From: a virus
Lineage: Duplodnaviria; Caudoviricetes
Reading direction: 5' to 3' (one strand)
IMG/VR virus record: IMGVR_UViG_3300042363_001351
Span: 32,001 to 96,000 of that record
DNA: 64,000 nt
In this document: positions 1 to 10,599 of the stretch, piece by piece
Numbering within the stretch: position 1 is the stretch's first letter
Layout of the letters: the number at the start of each line of letters is the position of its first letter
The notes under the pieces: model-generated
Databases searched by the model: none
Seen by the model: only the letters and a program-made list of their open reading frames with translations
Told to the model about the DNA's origin: nothing
Program-made: the position numbers and the translations under genes

Positions 1-397
1 CATTACCGTTGGCGTCTTGACCTAACGTCCAGCCGTCAAGAGTTATGCCCGCTCTTTTAGTAGGAGATAGCGTATTAGGTTTTATATTTAACCCTGAATT
101 ATAAAGAGTGTTAGTACCTTCCACCGTTAATCTATTGCTTGGTAAGTTTGTACCTATACCTATAAAATTATCTACAATTAAATTGTTTGTAGCTGACAAT
201 ACTCCGCTAGAAGTCCATTTTAGAGGACAGCTTGATAATGCTCTAAACGGGATAGCGTTATTATAAAAGAAATTCTTAATAGGAGTCTTATATGTATAGT
301 AATTACCTCCAAGTTGCTGCACTACTGGTACTGTCTCATTACCAGTAACGCTGCCTGCTGCTAGATCTGTTATATTTTGAATTGGAATACTCGGCAT
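1..397 (-). CDS. Tail fibre-like protein, 5' part (runs off the window start)
   Basis: Hand translation from ATG 397 is open to base 1: MPSIPIQNITDLAAGSVTGNETVPVVQ...FIGIGTNLPSNRLTVEG. GIGT..P...L.V is a fibre-type repeat. TAAATA lies 6 nt upstream. Confidence 0.6.
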   Translation of the reverse strand, partial: MPSIPIQNITDLAAGSVTGNETVPVVQQLGGNYYTYKTPIKNFFYNNAIPFRALSSCPLKWTSSGVLSATNNLIVDNFIGIGTNLPSNRLTVEGTNTLYNSGLNIKPNTLSPTKRAGITLDGWTLGQDANGN

Positions 398-460
398 ATT
401 ATATATTTATGTCTGTAATTTTTTTTACTAGTAACTGTATCTGCAAATAAATATATTAAA

Positions 461-3400
461 GTGATAAATTTACAAGTATATAGCGTATCTGCAATTAATA
501 CTCTAAGCGCGAGTTATTATGATCCGTTCTATCAGTTTAAACAGTATAGAGAGGGATACGAGCAGGGCTTTTCGTTAAACAAAATAAACGCTCTTACTAA
601 CACTATAGATAATACTATTAACAATCACTCTATTCAGTTTTTAACTTCTAAAAAAAGCATAGGTGATATATTTAATGTAAATTTTAATGATCAGAAAGTA
701 AAAACCTTATCAACACAGTTAATTTTTAATACTTTTAGAGACCCTTCACAGCCAAAATATCTTTATATCTATAAAGATACAGTAGGTCAAAATCCAAACA
801 CTACTACATGTAGAGTTATCTTATCTACATTTACAGGATTTAAAAATAATACTTTCTTTGAACTAGAGATAATTGATGATGTGTTTTTAAGGTTAAAACA
901 TAACAACGGAAAATATGATTACTATTTAAATTATTTTCCAGGCCTTGATAGTCCCTTCTTTTTAAAATATTATTCCGATGTTAACACTTTAACGGCTGAA
1001 CGCAATGACATGTTTAGATATATTCTAGATACCGACGGGTACCTACAATTATTTAAAAATACCGTTTATGGTAATAAAATATTAACTCTATCCGGTACTA
1101 GCGATCCTAATGCGGGTAAATTGGTTTTTGCTGATGTACCAGAATCCTCTAACCTTTTAAGATCTCCAAACAATATAATACAAATTAACTATAGCGTTAA
1201 GGATCTTTCTCCAAAACAATACTCTTCCTGGGTCAGTTATGATGTAAATAAACAAAACGATTTAACTATTAACGAAGATAAGAGTATTTTTGATAGAAAA
1301 GATCAGTACTTACTACACGCTAATGTAAATGAGTCCCTTAATGACTTAAAGTTAAATTATGTTACGCTGAATAACATTAGATCGGAGAAAAATTATATAA
1401 AGAGAGGTACAAATATGATAGACTCGACTCCATATGTACCAGGAGTTGAGTTTAGAGATTACGTATCATTACAGACAGGTAATAGTCAGGAATTAGGTAC
1501 TGATAATATTGCTCTAACTTATGTTTGGTATGACAAAGATATATTAGTCAGGAATGGAACGGATACAGTTTTTACAGCTCCGTCATCTCTTTACCCTTAC
1601 GAGAAACTCAATATAAATGATACAAAGTTTGTCGAAAATGGTAGCTTAGCCGGATTAACTCCCAAACTAGCCGATAATATTTACCAGTTGAGAAAAAATA
1701 ACACTCTCTTTAACAATGGAAGATATTTAGTTACGTGGCTCTCCGGTGGTACAAATACACCAGGCTTGTGGGTAGATAGATACTACTACCCAGACTATGT
1801 ATCTAAACAGGAAGCTATGGGATCATTTCCAGTGTTTCAACCCTCTTTTAATGATCCAATAGATAGCTTAGTGTTTAATAACGAGTCAAGTGTTGCAGCA
1901 GCAGCCTTCTTTGATAAAAGAAGCGATTTATGTATTGAACCTAATAATGTCTATAAGTACTCAAGAGTAGGAGTAGATGACATTAACGAGTTCGTGACCT
2001 CGACTAGCCCTACTGCAAGCGGATTTACTAGCTATTACGATATTAATAATGTAGAGGTTGCTTATAATTCTAGTGAGATTTATTACGATGGTTCCAAATA
2101 CAATAAATTTAAAGTGTCAGAGCAGGTTAATAATAGCAACTCCTTTACAATGTCTTTTGATATTTACATTGACCCAGAAGCTAGTTATGGGTATCAAGTT
2201 ATAGGCAACATAACCAACAGAGGGTTTGGAGTTATAAATGATACAAAAATAACTCCCTTTATCTTTTCTTATGGAAACAGAATATTAAAGGTTTATAACA
2301 CAGATTTAATGTTACTACATACAACAGAATTTGATACAAAAATTCTTGACGTTATTAAAGGTGACGGGTTAGATGATTACTATGTCTCTTGCAACGGTGG
2401 TAATATATATAAAGTTAATACCCTCGGTGTAAAGATGAAAATGGAGAATGTTTCAAGCATTGTAGGTTATGTTAATTACTTCTACGACGGTGATTTCCTA
2501 TATTTTGCCCTAGGAGGAACTACTAATGATGTAGTAAAGGTAAATAAGAATACCTTAGAGGTTGTAGAAATATTAACATCAAAGAAATATCGAAGTTATG
2601 ATAAGTATGGATCTTATTCTTCTTATGATATTAAAAATAGCATAATAGTTTTTGATGATAATGTGTATCAACTACCAGGTAGAGAGGTGAAATATTATTC
2701 TCCTGATGTAGTTTATTATACTGTAAATGGTACTATTCTAGTAAGGCATGATATAAAAATAGATGACATTACGTTTATTGTACAGAGCTCAAGCAAAATC
2801 GTGGATTTTGCGGTAGATGATAGTTTCATATATATACTTCACGGCTCTAATGAGCTTTCTATTTATACAACATCATTAGAAAAAGTTCTTACACAAAATC
2901 TAAGCGCTGCAATAACAGATCTCAGCAAGGTAATAAGTATTGACCTAATTAAACAATATGCAGGGATTAGCTCTTTAAAGCCTAATAAAGATATAGTTAT
3001 TACATACTTAAACACTAAGAGCAAATTAGGAATATATGTAGGATCTTCCGGTACAGTAGACACCGATTTAGTAGGCGTTCTGGTTGACGAAAATAGTAAC
3101 TCTCGAGTAGCAAAAGGTTATGTTGCTACCAACTATAGCTATTTAAATCAAAAATATAAAGATAAAAATTTAAATTTTAACCTAACACTTACTAATTATC
3201 TATCAACAGAAGACATATTACAAAAAAATATATCTTTTGATTATACTACTTTAGATAGAGGCTATCACACATTTACATACAGGTTTGATTCCATTCAAGG
3301 AAACGTATCTTTATTTGTAGATGGAGCGCTTAACACAAACCTAAACATACAACCGGGTAAGTATGCAATCCAAAATCTATTAAATGATGATATATATGCT

Positions 3401-3799
3401 GGTACAGCAGGATTTTATAACAACACAGATCTCGCCTCTTACTTAAGGCAGCCTGGTTATTATTACTTAAGCAACACAAGGCTTAAAAACTTCTTTATAT
3501 ATGACAGGCCTCTTGACAATGATGAGATTTTAGCATTAAATATATACGATACTAAAATTAATGATCTGGTTCTCTCTATACCAGCAGGTCAAAGAAACAA
3601 TATAGAAGAGATAGAGAGATACTTCAAATATAAAGTAAAAGACAGCTCATCTAAAAAGATTAATATATATGTTAAAAATATGGGTATAGATAATATTGAT
3701 ATGAAAAATAATATTAAGAAATTAATTCTAGATGAAACCAAGGCCATACTACCTATAGGTGTAAATATTAATGATATACAATTTATCGACTTTAAATGA
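461..3799 (+). CDS. Large virion structural protein with LamG/ConA-like and beta-propeller-like segments
   Basis: 1112 aa, N/Y/S-rich; FTMSFDIY and YHTFTYRFDSIQGNVSLFVDG...IYDRPLDNDEI resemble LamG; TAAATA upstream; tail-gene context. Confidence 0.5.
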   Translation: MINLQVYSVSAINTLSASYYDPFYQFKQYREGYEQGFSLNKINALTNTIDNTINNHSIQFLTSKKSIGDIFNVNFNDQKVKTLSTQLIFNTFRDPSQPKYLYIYKDTVGQNPNTTTCRVILSTFTGFKNNTFFELEIIDDVFLRLKHNNGKYDYYLNYFPGLDSPFFLKYYSDVNTLTAERNDMFRYILDTDGYLQLFKNTVYGNKILTLSGTSDPNAGKLVFADVPESSNLLRSPNNIIQINYSVKDLSPKQYSSWVSYDVNKQNDLTINEDKSIFDRKDQYLLHANVNESLNDLKLNYVTLNNIRSEKNYIKRGTNMIDSTPYVPGVEFRDYVSLQTGNSQELGTDNIALTYVWYDKDILVRNGTDTVFTAPSSLYPYEKLNINDTKFVENGSLAGLTPKLADNIYQLRKNNTLFNNGRYLVTWLSGGTNTPGLWVDRYYYPDYVSKQEAMGSFPVFQPSFNDPIDSLVFNNESSVAAAAFFDKRSDLCIEPNNVYKYSRVGVDDINEFVTSTSPTASGFTSYYDINNVEVAYNSSEIYYDGSKYNKFKVSEQVNNSNSFTMSFDIYIDPEASYGYQVIGNITNRGFGVINDTKITPFIFSYGNRILKVYNTDLMLLHTTEFDTKILDVIKGDGLDDYYVSCNGGNIYKVNTLGVKMKMENVSSIVGYVNYFYDGDFLYFALGGTTNDVVKVNKNTLEVVEILTSKKYRSYDKYGSYSSYDIKNSIIVFDDNVYQLPGREVKYYSPDVVYYTVNGTILVRHDIKIDDITFIVQSSSKIVDFAVDDSFIYILHGSNELSIYTTSLEKVLTQNLSAAITDLSKVISIDLIKQYAGISSLKPNKDIVITYLNTKSKLGIYVGSSGTVDTDLVGVLVDENSNSRVAKGYVATNYSYLNQKYKDKNLNFNLTLTNYLSTEDILQKNISFDYTTLDRGYHTFTYRFDSIQGNVSLFVDGALNTNLNIQPGKYAIQNLLNDDIYAGTAGFYNNTDLASYLRQPGYYYLSNTRLKNFFIYDRPLDNDEILALNIYDTKINDLVLSIPAGQRNNIEEIERYFKYKVKDSSSKKINIYVKNMGIDNIDMKNNIKKLILDETKAILPIGVNINDIQFIDFK

Positions 3800-5808
3800 T
3801 TGACTATACAAATAAAAAAAGATTCTTCACTTCCGGAAACGATTTCTTTACGCTTTCCGGAAGTAGATATACAGGATATGTATTTTGTTTAAGCGGCGCT
3901 GCTTATATTGATAAGACCAATATACCACTACTACCTCAATCCACCTTCGAAAGTAATTTGTATATTTCTAGTTATCTTAAAAATAGAGATACAATTGAGA
4001 CGCTTACCCTACCTTATACGGATACTGATGTTCTATTTGACGCTAATGACTTTTTAACCAGGGAGTTATTTCTAGATAGGCTAGGAAAATTACACGATAA
4101 TAACACATTCGTTTATTCTAAGCTATTCATGGCTAATAATGATTTACCTGCTCTAGCAACTCCAGGTACAGAGATAGATAATTATTCTTATGCTTGTTTA
4201 ATTGATAGTAACAGCACTTCATTAAAGTGTGTTAGCGGTACTATTCAAAGTATACCTTTCGGTGGCAGTAATAAGACGGAGTTCAGAGAACTAGGCAACA
4301 TTAGACGATTTACCTCAAAGCTAAAAGACGACATACAGTCCGACTATACTATTTTTGCAATTACTAGCAGTGGCTTTACTACGCTATCTGGCAGTAGCAA
4401 AGAATGTAAGGTAATAGAACCCCATTCAACATATATCGAGAGTGTAGAAAATTCTTTAACGTTTGGGTCTCTATTTGATATTACCCTATCAAGAAACTTT
4501 ATCTTTATAACCGACGAGAAAAATAGCGTAATATATAAGTACGATATAGGTGGTTATTACAATGGAGATCTAGCACTAGCCAATAAAAGAAATCTTCTCG
4601 AAATATTAGGCGGTGATGGTCCGAAGGAGGCTAAAAACTTATTTAGAGCGCCTAAACATATCACTTCAAATGACGATATAATAGTCATTAACGATTCTGG
4701 AAATAGAGTTATAAAGATTTTTGATTTAGATTTTAACTTTATTACACGTATAGGTAGTATACCTCAATTTCGCGAACCTATTGCAGCTTTAAAAATTAAT
4801 GAATTTTTTAATACTCTTTACGTATTTACGAAATCTACCAATGTGTTAAATAGGTTAAGCCTATACATATTTGATTTGGATTGTTATAGATTAGTAGAAA
4901 CCTATAAAGATATAGATGTACCTCTTCAACCTACAGAAGTGGTTTTAAATATAGAATTTAGTAAAAATAGCAGTGATTATTATTATGTGTGTACTGATAG
5001 GCAAGTTTATAAATTATTTGTAAGTAAGCCCAATGTATTAATTGGTAGATATCAAGAGCTAAATCTTGATTACATAACCGGAACACAGGTCGTTAAGCCT
5101 ATTGATAATACAAATACTTCCACTTCAACAACTACACCATCTAATCAATGGTATGTAGTTAATAAATTTTTTAAAGATAGTACATGGAGTTGGGGAGCTA
5201 CCACGCCAGGAACCACTACAACTACTACGACTACTACAACCACTGTTACAACTGAAGAACGACCCAATATATCGGTATTCAATGATGTGTATAAAGGACT
5301 AGCTCTATTACCAACCTCTAATAATTATGACTCAGTTGTTTTTATTACAGATGGTAGAATATATTTCTTCAACGAACCTAATACATATAAACAGGTTATA
5401 AAAACAACAGAGTTATTTAAATTCGGAAAAGCTAATATGACTCTCTCTTCAGAAGAGTATATACAAGCATCTACTATAAATAAAGAAATTTATAAGGTTG
5501 CAAGAGATATATTATTAATAAAGAATAACTTATTGGGTAGATTTACAGGGGTATATGATGTGAGTAATATCTTTACTCTTACAGATTATAATTATAATGT
5601 TGACTTTAACGCCTTCTCACTTCTTCAGCCGGAAGATTACTATGTGCACGAGAATGAGAAGTCTATGGTCTCTGTATTAAATAGAGCATTTAAAAATATT
5701 CTCGATCTGCAACTAAAATTAATCGACTTAACGGCTATAGATAAATCTCTCACTGTTAAAAGGGAGCTGGTTATTGCTCCAAATGTCGGTACGTTGCAAA
5801 TTAGCTAA
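3796..5808 (+). CDS. Virion structural protein with NHL/beta-propeller-like repeats and a Thr-rich linker
   Basis: IFITDEKNSVIYKYD and FRAPKHI...IVINDSGNRVIKIFD are NHL-like; poly-Thr tract; ATGA overlap with the upstream gene. Confidence 0.5.
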   Translation: MIDYTNKKRFFTSGNDFFTLSGSRYTGYVFCLSGAAYIDKTNIPLLPQSTFESNLYISSYLKNRDTIETLTLPYTDTDVLFDANDFLTRELFLDRLGKLHDNNTFVYSKLFMANNDLPALATPGTEIDNYSYACLIDSNSTSLKCVSGTIQSIPFGGSNKTEFRELGNIRRFTSKLKDDIQSDYTIFAITSSGFTTLSGSSKECKVIEPHSTYIESVENSLTFGSLFDITLSRNFIFITDEKNSVIYKYDIGGYYNGDLALANKRNLLEILGGDGPKEAKNLFRAPKHITSNDDIIVINDSGNRVIKIFDLDFNFITRIGSIPQFREPIAALKINEFFNTLYVFTKSTNVLNRLSLYIFDLDCYRLVETYKDIDVPLQPTEVVLNIEFSKNSSDYYYVCTDRQVYKLFVSKPNVLIGRYQELNLDYITGTQVVKPIDNTNTSTSTTTPSNQWYVVNKFFKDSTWSWGATTPGTTTTTTTTTTTVTTEERPNISVFNDVYKGLALLPTSNNYDSVVFITDGRIYFFNEPNTYKQVIKTTELFKFGKANMTLSSEEYIQASTINKEIYKVARDILLIKNNLLGRFTGVYDVSNIFTLTDYNYNVDFNAFSLLQPEDYYVHENEKSMVSVLNRAFKNILDLQLKLIDLTAIDKSLTVKRELVIAPNVGTLQIS

Positions 5809-5812
5809 CTAC

Positions 5813-5820
5813 TATAAATA
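5813..5820 (+). promoter_or_regulatory. T4-type late promoter TATAAATA
   Basis: Exact T4 late consensus 7 nt before ATG 5828; gp55 is encoded in the window. Confidence 0.8.
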
Positions 5821-5827
5821 TATATAA

Positions 5828-6532
5828 ATGCCAGCGACGCCAGCTACAAATTTAGAAACAGTAAATATAAGTGATACTTATTATAGTTTATTGCATTCTG
5901 GTGGTGTGCCTATACCAGCAACAGGACAACCTCTAATAAGAGATGGTAGTGGAACGCCGACAGCTTTAAAATTAGGAGCTAATTGTAACGGTGCTACTAT
6001 TTGCGGCACTCTTTCTGCTACAACCTTAGCAGGCGGGAGTTTAAATCTAGATTCTAAAATAACTCCTACCCAACTTAACTTACTTGAATTAGTTAAGGCT
6101 CTATACCCTTTAAATGCAGTAATTTATACGACAGATAGCATAAACCCTGGTACTAGATCAGGCTGGGTTGGTACAACTTGGACGCAAATAGCACAAGGTA
6201 GGTTTATTGTAGGTGTAGGTACGGGTATTGATAGTAGAGGAGAATCTAAACCAATTACACCCGGTAATAACGCCGGTGAATATAATCACATTCTAACAGA
6301 AGCGGAAATGCCATCGCATACTCATAGCCTTATGGTCGGTACTGAGCAGTTCTATATTACAAACGACAAGAACGATAAAAATCCAACATCCCTTGGACGA
6401 TTTCGGAGCGATGGCCCCTCGGGTGACAAGGATGGTAGATATTGTTCTATCTTACCATCCGCAGGTGGTAGCTCTCCTCACAACAATGTACCTCCAGGGT
6501 TTGGCTTGTATGTATGGCAAAGAACAGCCTAA
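5828..6532 (+). CDS. Baseplate/tail protein with gp10-C-like domain
   Basis: YPLNAVIY..NPG..GTTWTQIAQGRFIVG..GEYNHILTEAEMPSHTH..PHNNVPP..YVWQRTA. Confidence 0.7.
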   Translation: MPATPATNLETVNISDTYYSLLHSGGVPIPATGQPLIRDGSGTPTALKLGANCNGATICGTLSATTLAGGSLNLDSKITPTQLNLLELVKALYPLNAVIYTTDSINPGTRSGWVGTTWTQIAQGRFIVGVGTGIDSRGESKPITPGNNAGEYNHILTEAEMPSHTHSLMVGTEQFYITNDKNDKNPTSLGRFRSDGPSGDKDGRYCSILPSAGGSSPHNNVPPGFGLYVWQRTA

Positions 6533-6554
6533 AATACTAAATATTTAAAATTAT

Positions 6555-7631
6555 ATGCCCGATATCACCATAGTAAAGCTTAAAATTAGAAGAGGTAGTG
6601 ACGCTCAGCGTAAATCCGTTGTTCTCGAGCAGGGGGAATTGGGATATACTACTGATACAGGTAGGGTGTTTATAGGTAATGGTGTTAAGTTCGGTGGAAA
6701 TATAGTGGGTAACATAATTCACAATCCAACATCAATTGCTAATAATAGAGTCAATCAAGCCAATGCTGTGCAGGGTGATATTATATATGATAATTCACTT
6801 TTATGGCAGCTTACAGGAACCGATATAACATCACCAGTAAGTTGGAGTAATATAAGCACGAGATGTGATAATTCTCTAGTTACTTACAATGGAAGCAACA
6901 GGCTTACCTTGGTTAATAATAGTATTGGTCCGGCTATATTAAACAATACTATTGTAAACTCTCAAGGCGCTCTAAACTTTAATAATAGTACCGGTCTTTC
7001 TGCAAATGTTGATGGTACTTATGTTACTATAACATCAAATAGGCTTACGATTAATCCTATAGATGAGAGTAAAATTAAATCTACTGCTCTTAGTAGAGGA
7101 TTACAGGGTGGAGATGGAACAAAATTATCTCTAAAGGTAGATGATAGTATTTTTGGCTTTAATACGAATACTTTAACTATTACCGCTTTACCTAGTGATG
7201 TAGTTACAGTTGATTCGCTGAGCTCCACGTTTGTTGGTGCAGGACTACAGGTGCAAGGAGGTGGAATTTCAACTATAGTACAAAGCTACGATTCTAGTTC
7301 GTTTGATGTTGATATCAACACCTTAAGACTTAAGTCTATAATAACTCCTGCCACGACAACGTTTGAGAATATAACATATAATAGCTTTGGTCAAGTAACA
7401 GGCACTTCATCTACAATTGCTACTACTTTTTCAGGATTTAACTCTGGTACTAACGGATTATTTAATGGAAGATGGAATCAAACTACTTTTAGTAATCAGA
7501 CCTTATTAACTGCTATATCATCTAACCCCGCAGGAACATCTACAGCTAGAATAGCGCTTTCATCAGCTGGATTTATTGCAATCAACACTAAACTCGGAGA
7601 TCGATTTGCTATTCCGGTATTTAGGTATTAA
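6555..7631 (+). CDS. Tail fibre protein with Mtd-like N-terminal domain
   Basis: KLKIRRGSDAQR..LEQGELGYTTDTGRVFIGNG. Confidence 0.65.
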   Translation: MPDITIVKLKIRRGSDAQRKSVVLEQGELGYTTDTGRVFIGNGVKFGGNIVGNIIHNPTSIANNRVNQANAVQGDIIYDNSLLWQLTGTDITSPVSWSNISTRCDNSLVTYNGSNRLTLVNNSIGPAILNNTIVNSQGALNFNNSTGLSANVDGTYVTITSNRLTINPIDESKIKSTALSRGLQGGDGTKLSLKVDDSIFGFNTNTLTITALPSDVVTVDSLSSTFVGAGLQVQGGGISTIVQSYDSSSFDVDINTLRLKSIITPATTTFENITYNSFGQVTGTSSTIATTFSGFNSGTNGLFNGRWNQTTFSNQTLLTAISSNPAGTSTARIALSSAGFIAINTKLGDRFAIPVFRY

Positions 7632-7644
7632 ACACTATTAATAT

Positions 7645-9333
7645 ATGGCTAATAAAATAGAAATATTCGAAAATACACTTCTTAAACTACTAGTTAGAAG
7701 AGGTATGGATGCTGATAGACAAAAAATTGTTCTTTCAGAGGGTGAGTTGGGTTATACAACAGATACAAATAGGTTATATGTAGGTGATGGTCAGACAACA
7801 GGAGGTATATTAGTAGGTGGAAATAAATTTTTAGGATCTGTAGTTAATGTAACTACTTTAGCTGGAGCAGCTGTAAATGATATTGCTTATTCATCTAATA
7901 CAGATAAACTTTATTACTTTAAAGGAGGCGATTATACTGATATAAGTAACTGGGAGGTTGTGGGAGGTACGTACGAGCCTGGTAACAACACTATTACCAT
8001 AGGATCTACTAATGATATTACTGTTGGTACTATTTCTGCTACAAATATAACTCGTGATTTAGTATCGGATAATATAGTACTAAACACAACAAATAGAATA
8101 TCTCTATCTTCTAACATTCAAATTGATAGTATACGAGGTTTAAATAGCAGCTCTATAGAATTACCAGTTAATCTTAGAATAGGCGATATAAGTTATCAGT
8201 GGCCTAGCGGTGGCGTACCTAACAATAGCTATTTAAAATCTGATATATCAGGTAATCTTTCTTGGAATAATTACATTGACGTAGAGACCACCAATTTTGT
8301 ATATAATTCAGCAGGAATTATACCTGTTGGTTCTATAATGCCGTTTATTTCCTCAGCTAATGCCCCTACAGGGTGGTTATTGTGCAATGGTCAAAGTGTT
8401 TTAGGAACGGCTTATAGTGAGTTATCAGCAGTTATTGGAACTTCTTTTGGTGGTGACGGTACAAGTTTTAATGTACCGAATTTAATTAACAAGACCCTCT
8501 ACGGAGTAAATAATTTACCAGGGTCATCCACTCTCTATGGTGTCTCATCCGGTACTAATTCTTTATTAAGTGCGACAGGCGCTCTTTATATAATAAAAGC
8601 TAAACCTGACGGAGTTGCAAGAGTTAGCATGTCGGTGAGCAGTCCACTATGTGCATCAGTCAATGGTACACAGCAAGGTGGTAGCTTTAATCCACTATCA
8701 GGAATTGTAAGCATAGGCCTAACTACAACATCTCTTACAGCAGATACTACTATTTTAGGAGGATTTGTAGCTGATAGATACGGTAGAGTTTTAAGAACAG
8801 TGGATGATCCTTCACCGCCTCCGTTTGATCCAGGCCCTGGAACAAGACCAACATATAACGGTGGTATTTCACCTATAGCGTTTTTTAGAACACCAGCTTA
8901 TATTTTATACCAAGGTTATACAACTGCTTCAACTAGTTACAGATTTACTATGTCTGCATATCCTTTTATCACAGATAATACTGGTGTAAGAGTTGGCAGC
9001 GGAACTTTTTACAGTGTACCGCCTACTGCAAAAAATCTTATAGTTGATACTAGTATATACAAGCGTGGTCCTGATGCTGGTAATATAGAACGAATTCTTG
9101 CATCTGCTCCAAACATCTCACTTGTAGAGGATGTAAGCTTAAGAACATTAGGCAATAATGAGTTTCTTATTGGAGTTAACAGAGCAGACGGCGCTGGTGA
9201 TTCGGTTCAAAACTCCACACAGTGTATTATTCCTCTATCTGCTACTCCAACCGGCCATCTAGTAGCTGCTTTTAGAGCATCAGCATCAGTCAACGATGCT
9301 TATTGGATAAGAGTGGTAGGTTATACACTTTAA
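7645..9333 (+). CDS. Tail fibre protein with Mtd-like N-terminus and tail collar domain
   Basis: LLVRRG..LSEGELGYTTDTNRLYVGDG; PVGSIMPF..APTGWLLCNGQ..YSELSAVIG..FNVPNL. Confidence 0.75.
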   Translation: MANKIEIFENTLLKLLVRRGMDADRQKIVLSEGELGYTTDTNRLYVGDGQTTGGILVGGNKFLGSVVNVTTLAGAAVNDIAYSSNTDKLYYFKGGDYTDISNWEVVGGTYEPGNNTITIGSTNDITVGTISATNITRDLVSDNIVLNTTNRISLSSNIQIDSIRGLNSSSIELPVNLRIGDISYQWPSGGVPNNSYLKSDISGNLSWNNYIDVETTNFVYNSAGIIPVGSIMPFISSANAPTGWLLCNGQSVLGTAYSELSAVIGTSFGGDGTSFNVPNLINKTLYGVNNLPGSSTLYGVSSGTNSLLSATGALYIIKAKPDGVARVSMSVSSPLCASVNGTQQGGSFNPLSGIVSIGLTTTSLTADTTILGGFVADRYGRVLRTVDDPSPPPFDPGPGTRPTYNGGISPIAFFRTPAYILYQGYTTASTSYRFTMSAYPFITDNTGVRVGSGTFYSVPPTAKNLIVDTSIYKRGPDAGNIERILASAPNISLVEDVSLRTLGNNEFLIGVNRADGAGDSVQNSTQCIIPLSATPTGHLVAAFRASASVNDAYWIRVVGYTL

Positions 9334-9338
9334 TAATT

Positions 9339-9500
9339 ATGAATGAAGTAATAGTTGAAGGTCTAGAACCGAACGACTTTGTAGTTCTTGAGAAAATTCT
9401 TAAAACATATAAGGTTTCTCTAGAAAGCGATGTGTCGTTTGACGATATATTAAATCTACACAATAAGGTACGACAGGTAATAGATTATCTAGAGGAATAA
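9339..9500 (+). CDS. Small hypothetical protein (start probably ATG 9339)
   Basis: Fills the gap between co-oriented genes. Confidence 0.45.
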   Translation: MNEVIVEGLEPNDFVVLEKILKTYKVSLESDVSFDDILNLHNKVRQVIDYLEE

Positions 9501-9509
9501 ATATTGTAT

Positions 9510-9722
9510 GTGGGTAGCATACGAGAATATACACTAGGTGAAGAGTTTTCAGACTTTGTATTAGTAGATGAAAAGCGTAATAGTGTCATTATTAATATAG
9601 AAACAGAATATTTTAAAACCGTGTTTAAAGAATATAAACGATTAGGTTTTAAGCTAATACATGTTACGAGATTTAGTGATGAAGAGAAAGGTATGACTTG
9701 TGTCTTTGTAAAGGAGCCATAA
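9510..9722 (+). CDS. Small hypothetical protein (start probably GTG 9510)
   Basis: TAAATA at 9498-9503 lies 6 nt before an in-frame GTG. Confidence 0.5.
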   Translation: MGSIREYTLGEEFSDFVLVDEKRNSVIINIETEYFKTVFKEYKRLGFKLIHVTRFSDEEKGMTCVFVKEP

Positions 9723-9736
9723 GATAAATATATAAT

Positions 9737-10585
9737 ATGCAGTATCCGGTATTGAATAGTGACTCTAAGGCTATAAACCTAGCTTCAAAGGACAGCTATT
9801 CCTGTCTATATGATTTGGTATGGTCCTTTGATTACGCTATAAGTGGCAATCCTAGTACTGAAGCAGGATTCACTGTATTCTTAACAACGTCAAGCTCTAA
9901 ACTATCCGGAGGTAGTGCTGGCATAGACTTAGGCTACTCTGGAGTGCAGTCTTTTGGATTACCATATAGCGTAAAACCAGGTGTTTCTGGTGCTGCAATA
10001 GGTATCGGATTCGATACTACAGGGTTGTTTGCTGCTTCTGCTACATCAGGGGCTTTTGTACGAGATGGCATTGATTATAGAAAGGTAAAGAAAAACTCAA
10101 TTTCTATAAGAGGTAAGGCTCCTGACTTCAGTTACAATAATTACTCTTACAATGTAGCTATTTCTTCTCTTAATTCTACTTTTTCAATAGTAGAGAGCGC
10201 AGTTAACTTTAAAACTGTAAGAGTGAGATTAGGTAATGTAGGGCGTACAATATATATCGACTATAGAAATAACCCTAAAGAGCAATTTCAGCGTATACTA
10301 GAAAAAGATGTAAGTTTAGGTTTACCTATAACAGCTTTCTTACATGCAGGCGTTTCTTTTGTAACTCCTATTTCATCTAGTCAGTCAAAAGCTATTGGAA
10401 ATATATTTATAAGAAATTTTCATGTAGAAGGATCCACGAAACCTAACCTTAATAAATCGGTTATTTCTGATCCTACTACTATACCATCCTATACAGGTAC
10501 TATGGAGTACGCTAAGGGTATTGTTACGCTTGTAAACTACGATCAGATACGCACCATGAATGGATCGGATATGTTTCCGTTTTAA
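9737..10585 (+). CDS. L-type lectin/ConA-like virion protein
   Basis: WSFDY..EAGFTVFL..G..LGY..AIGIGFDT..HAGVSF pattern of the legume-lectin fold; TAAATA upstream. Confidence 0.5.
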   Translation: MQYPVLNSDSKAINLASKDSYSCLYDLVWSFDYAISGNPSTEAGFTVFLTTSSSKLSGGSAGIDLGYSGVQSFGLPYSVKPGVSGAAIGIGFDTTGLFAASATSGAFVRDGIDYRKVKKNSISIRGKAPDFSYNNYSYNVAISSLNSTFSIVESAVNFKTVRVRLGNVGRTIYIDYRNNPKEQFQRILEKDVSLGLPITAFLHAGVSFVTPISSSQSKAIGNIFIRNFHVEGSTKPNLNKSVISDPTTIPSYTGTMEYAKGIVTLVNYDQIRTMNGSDMFPF

Positions 10586-10599
10586 ATAAATAATATTAT

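Noticed and set aside
6555-9333. Diversity-generating retroelement, suggested by the Mtd-like domains
   Set aside because: Only the N-terminal Mtd-like domain is present; no reverse transcriptase and no TR/VR pair with adenine-specific mismatches was seen in the window.
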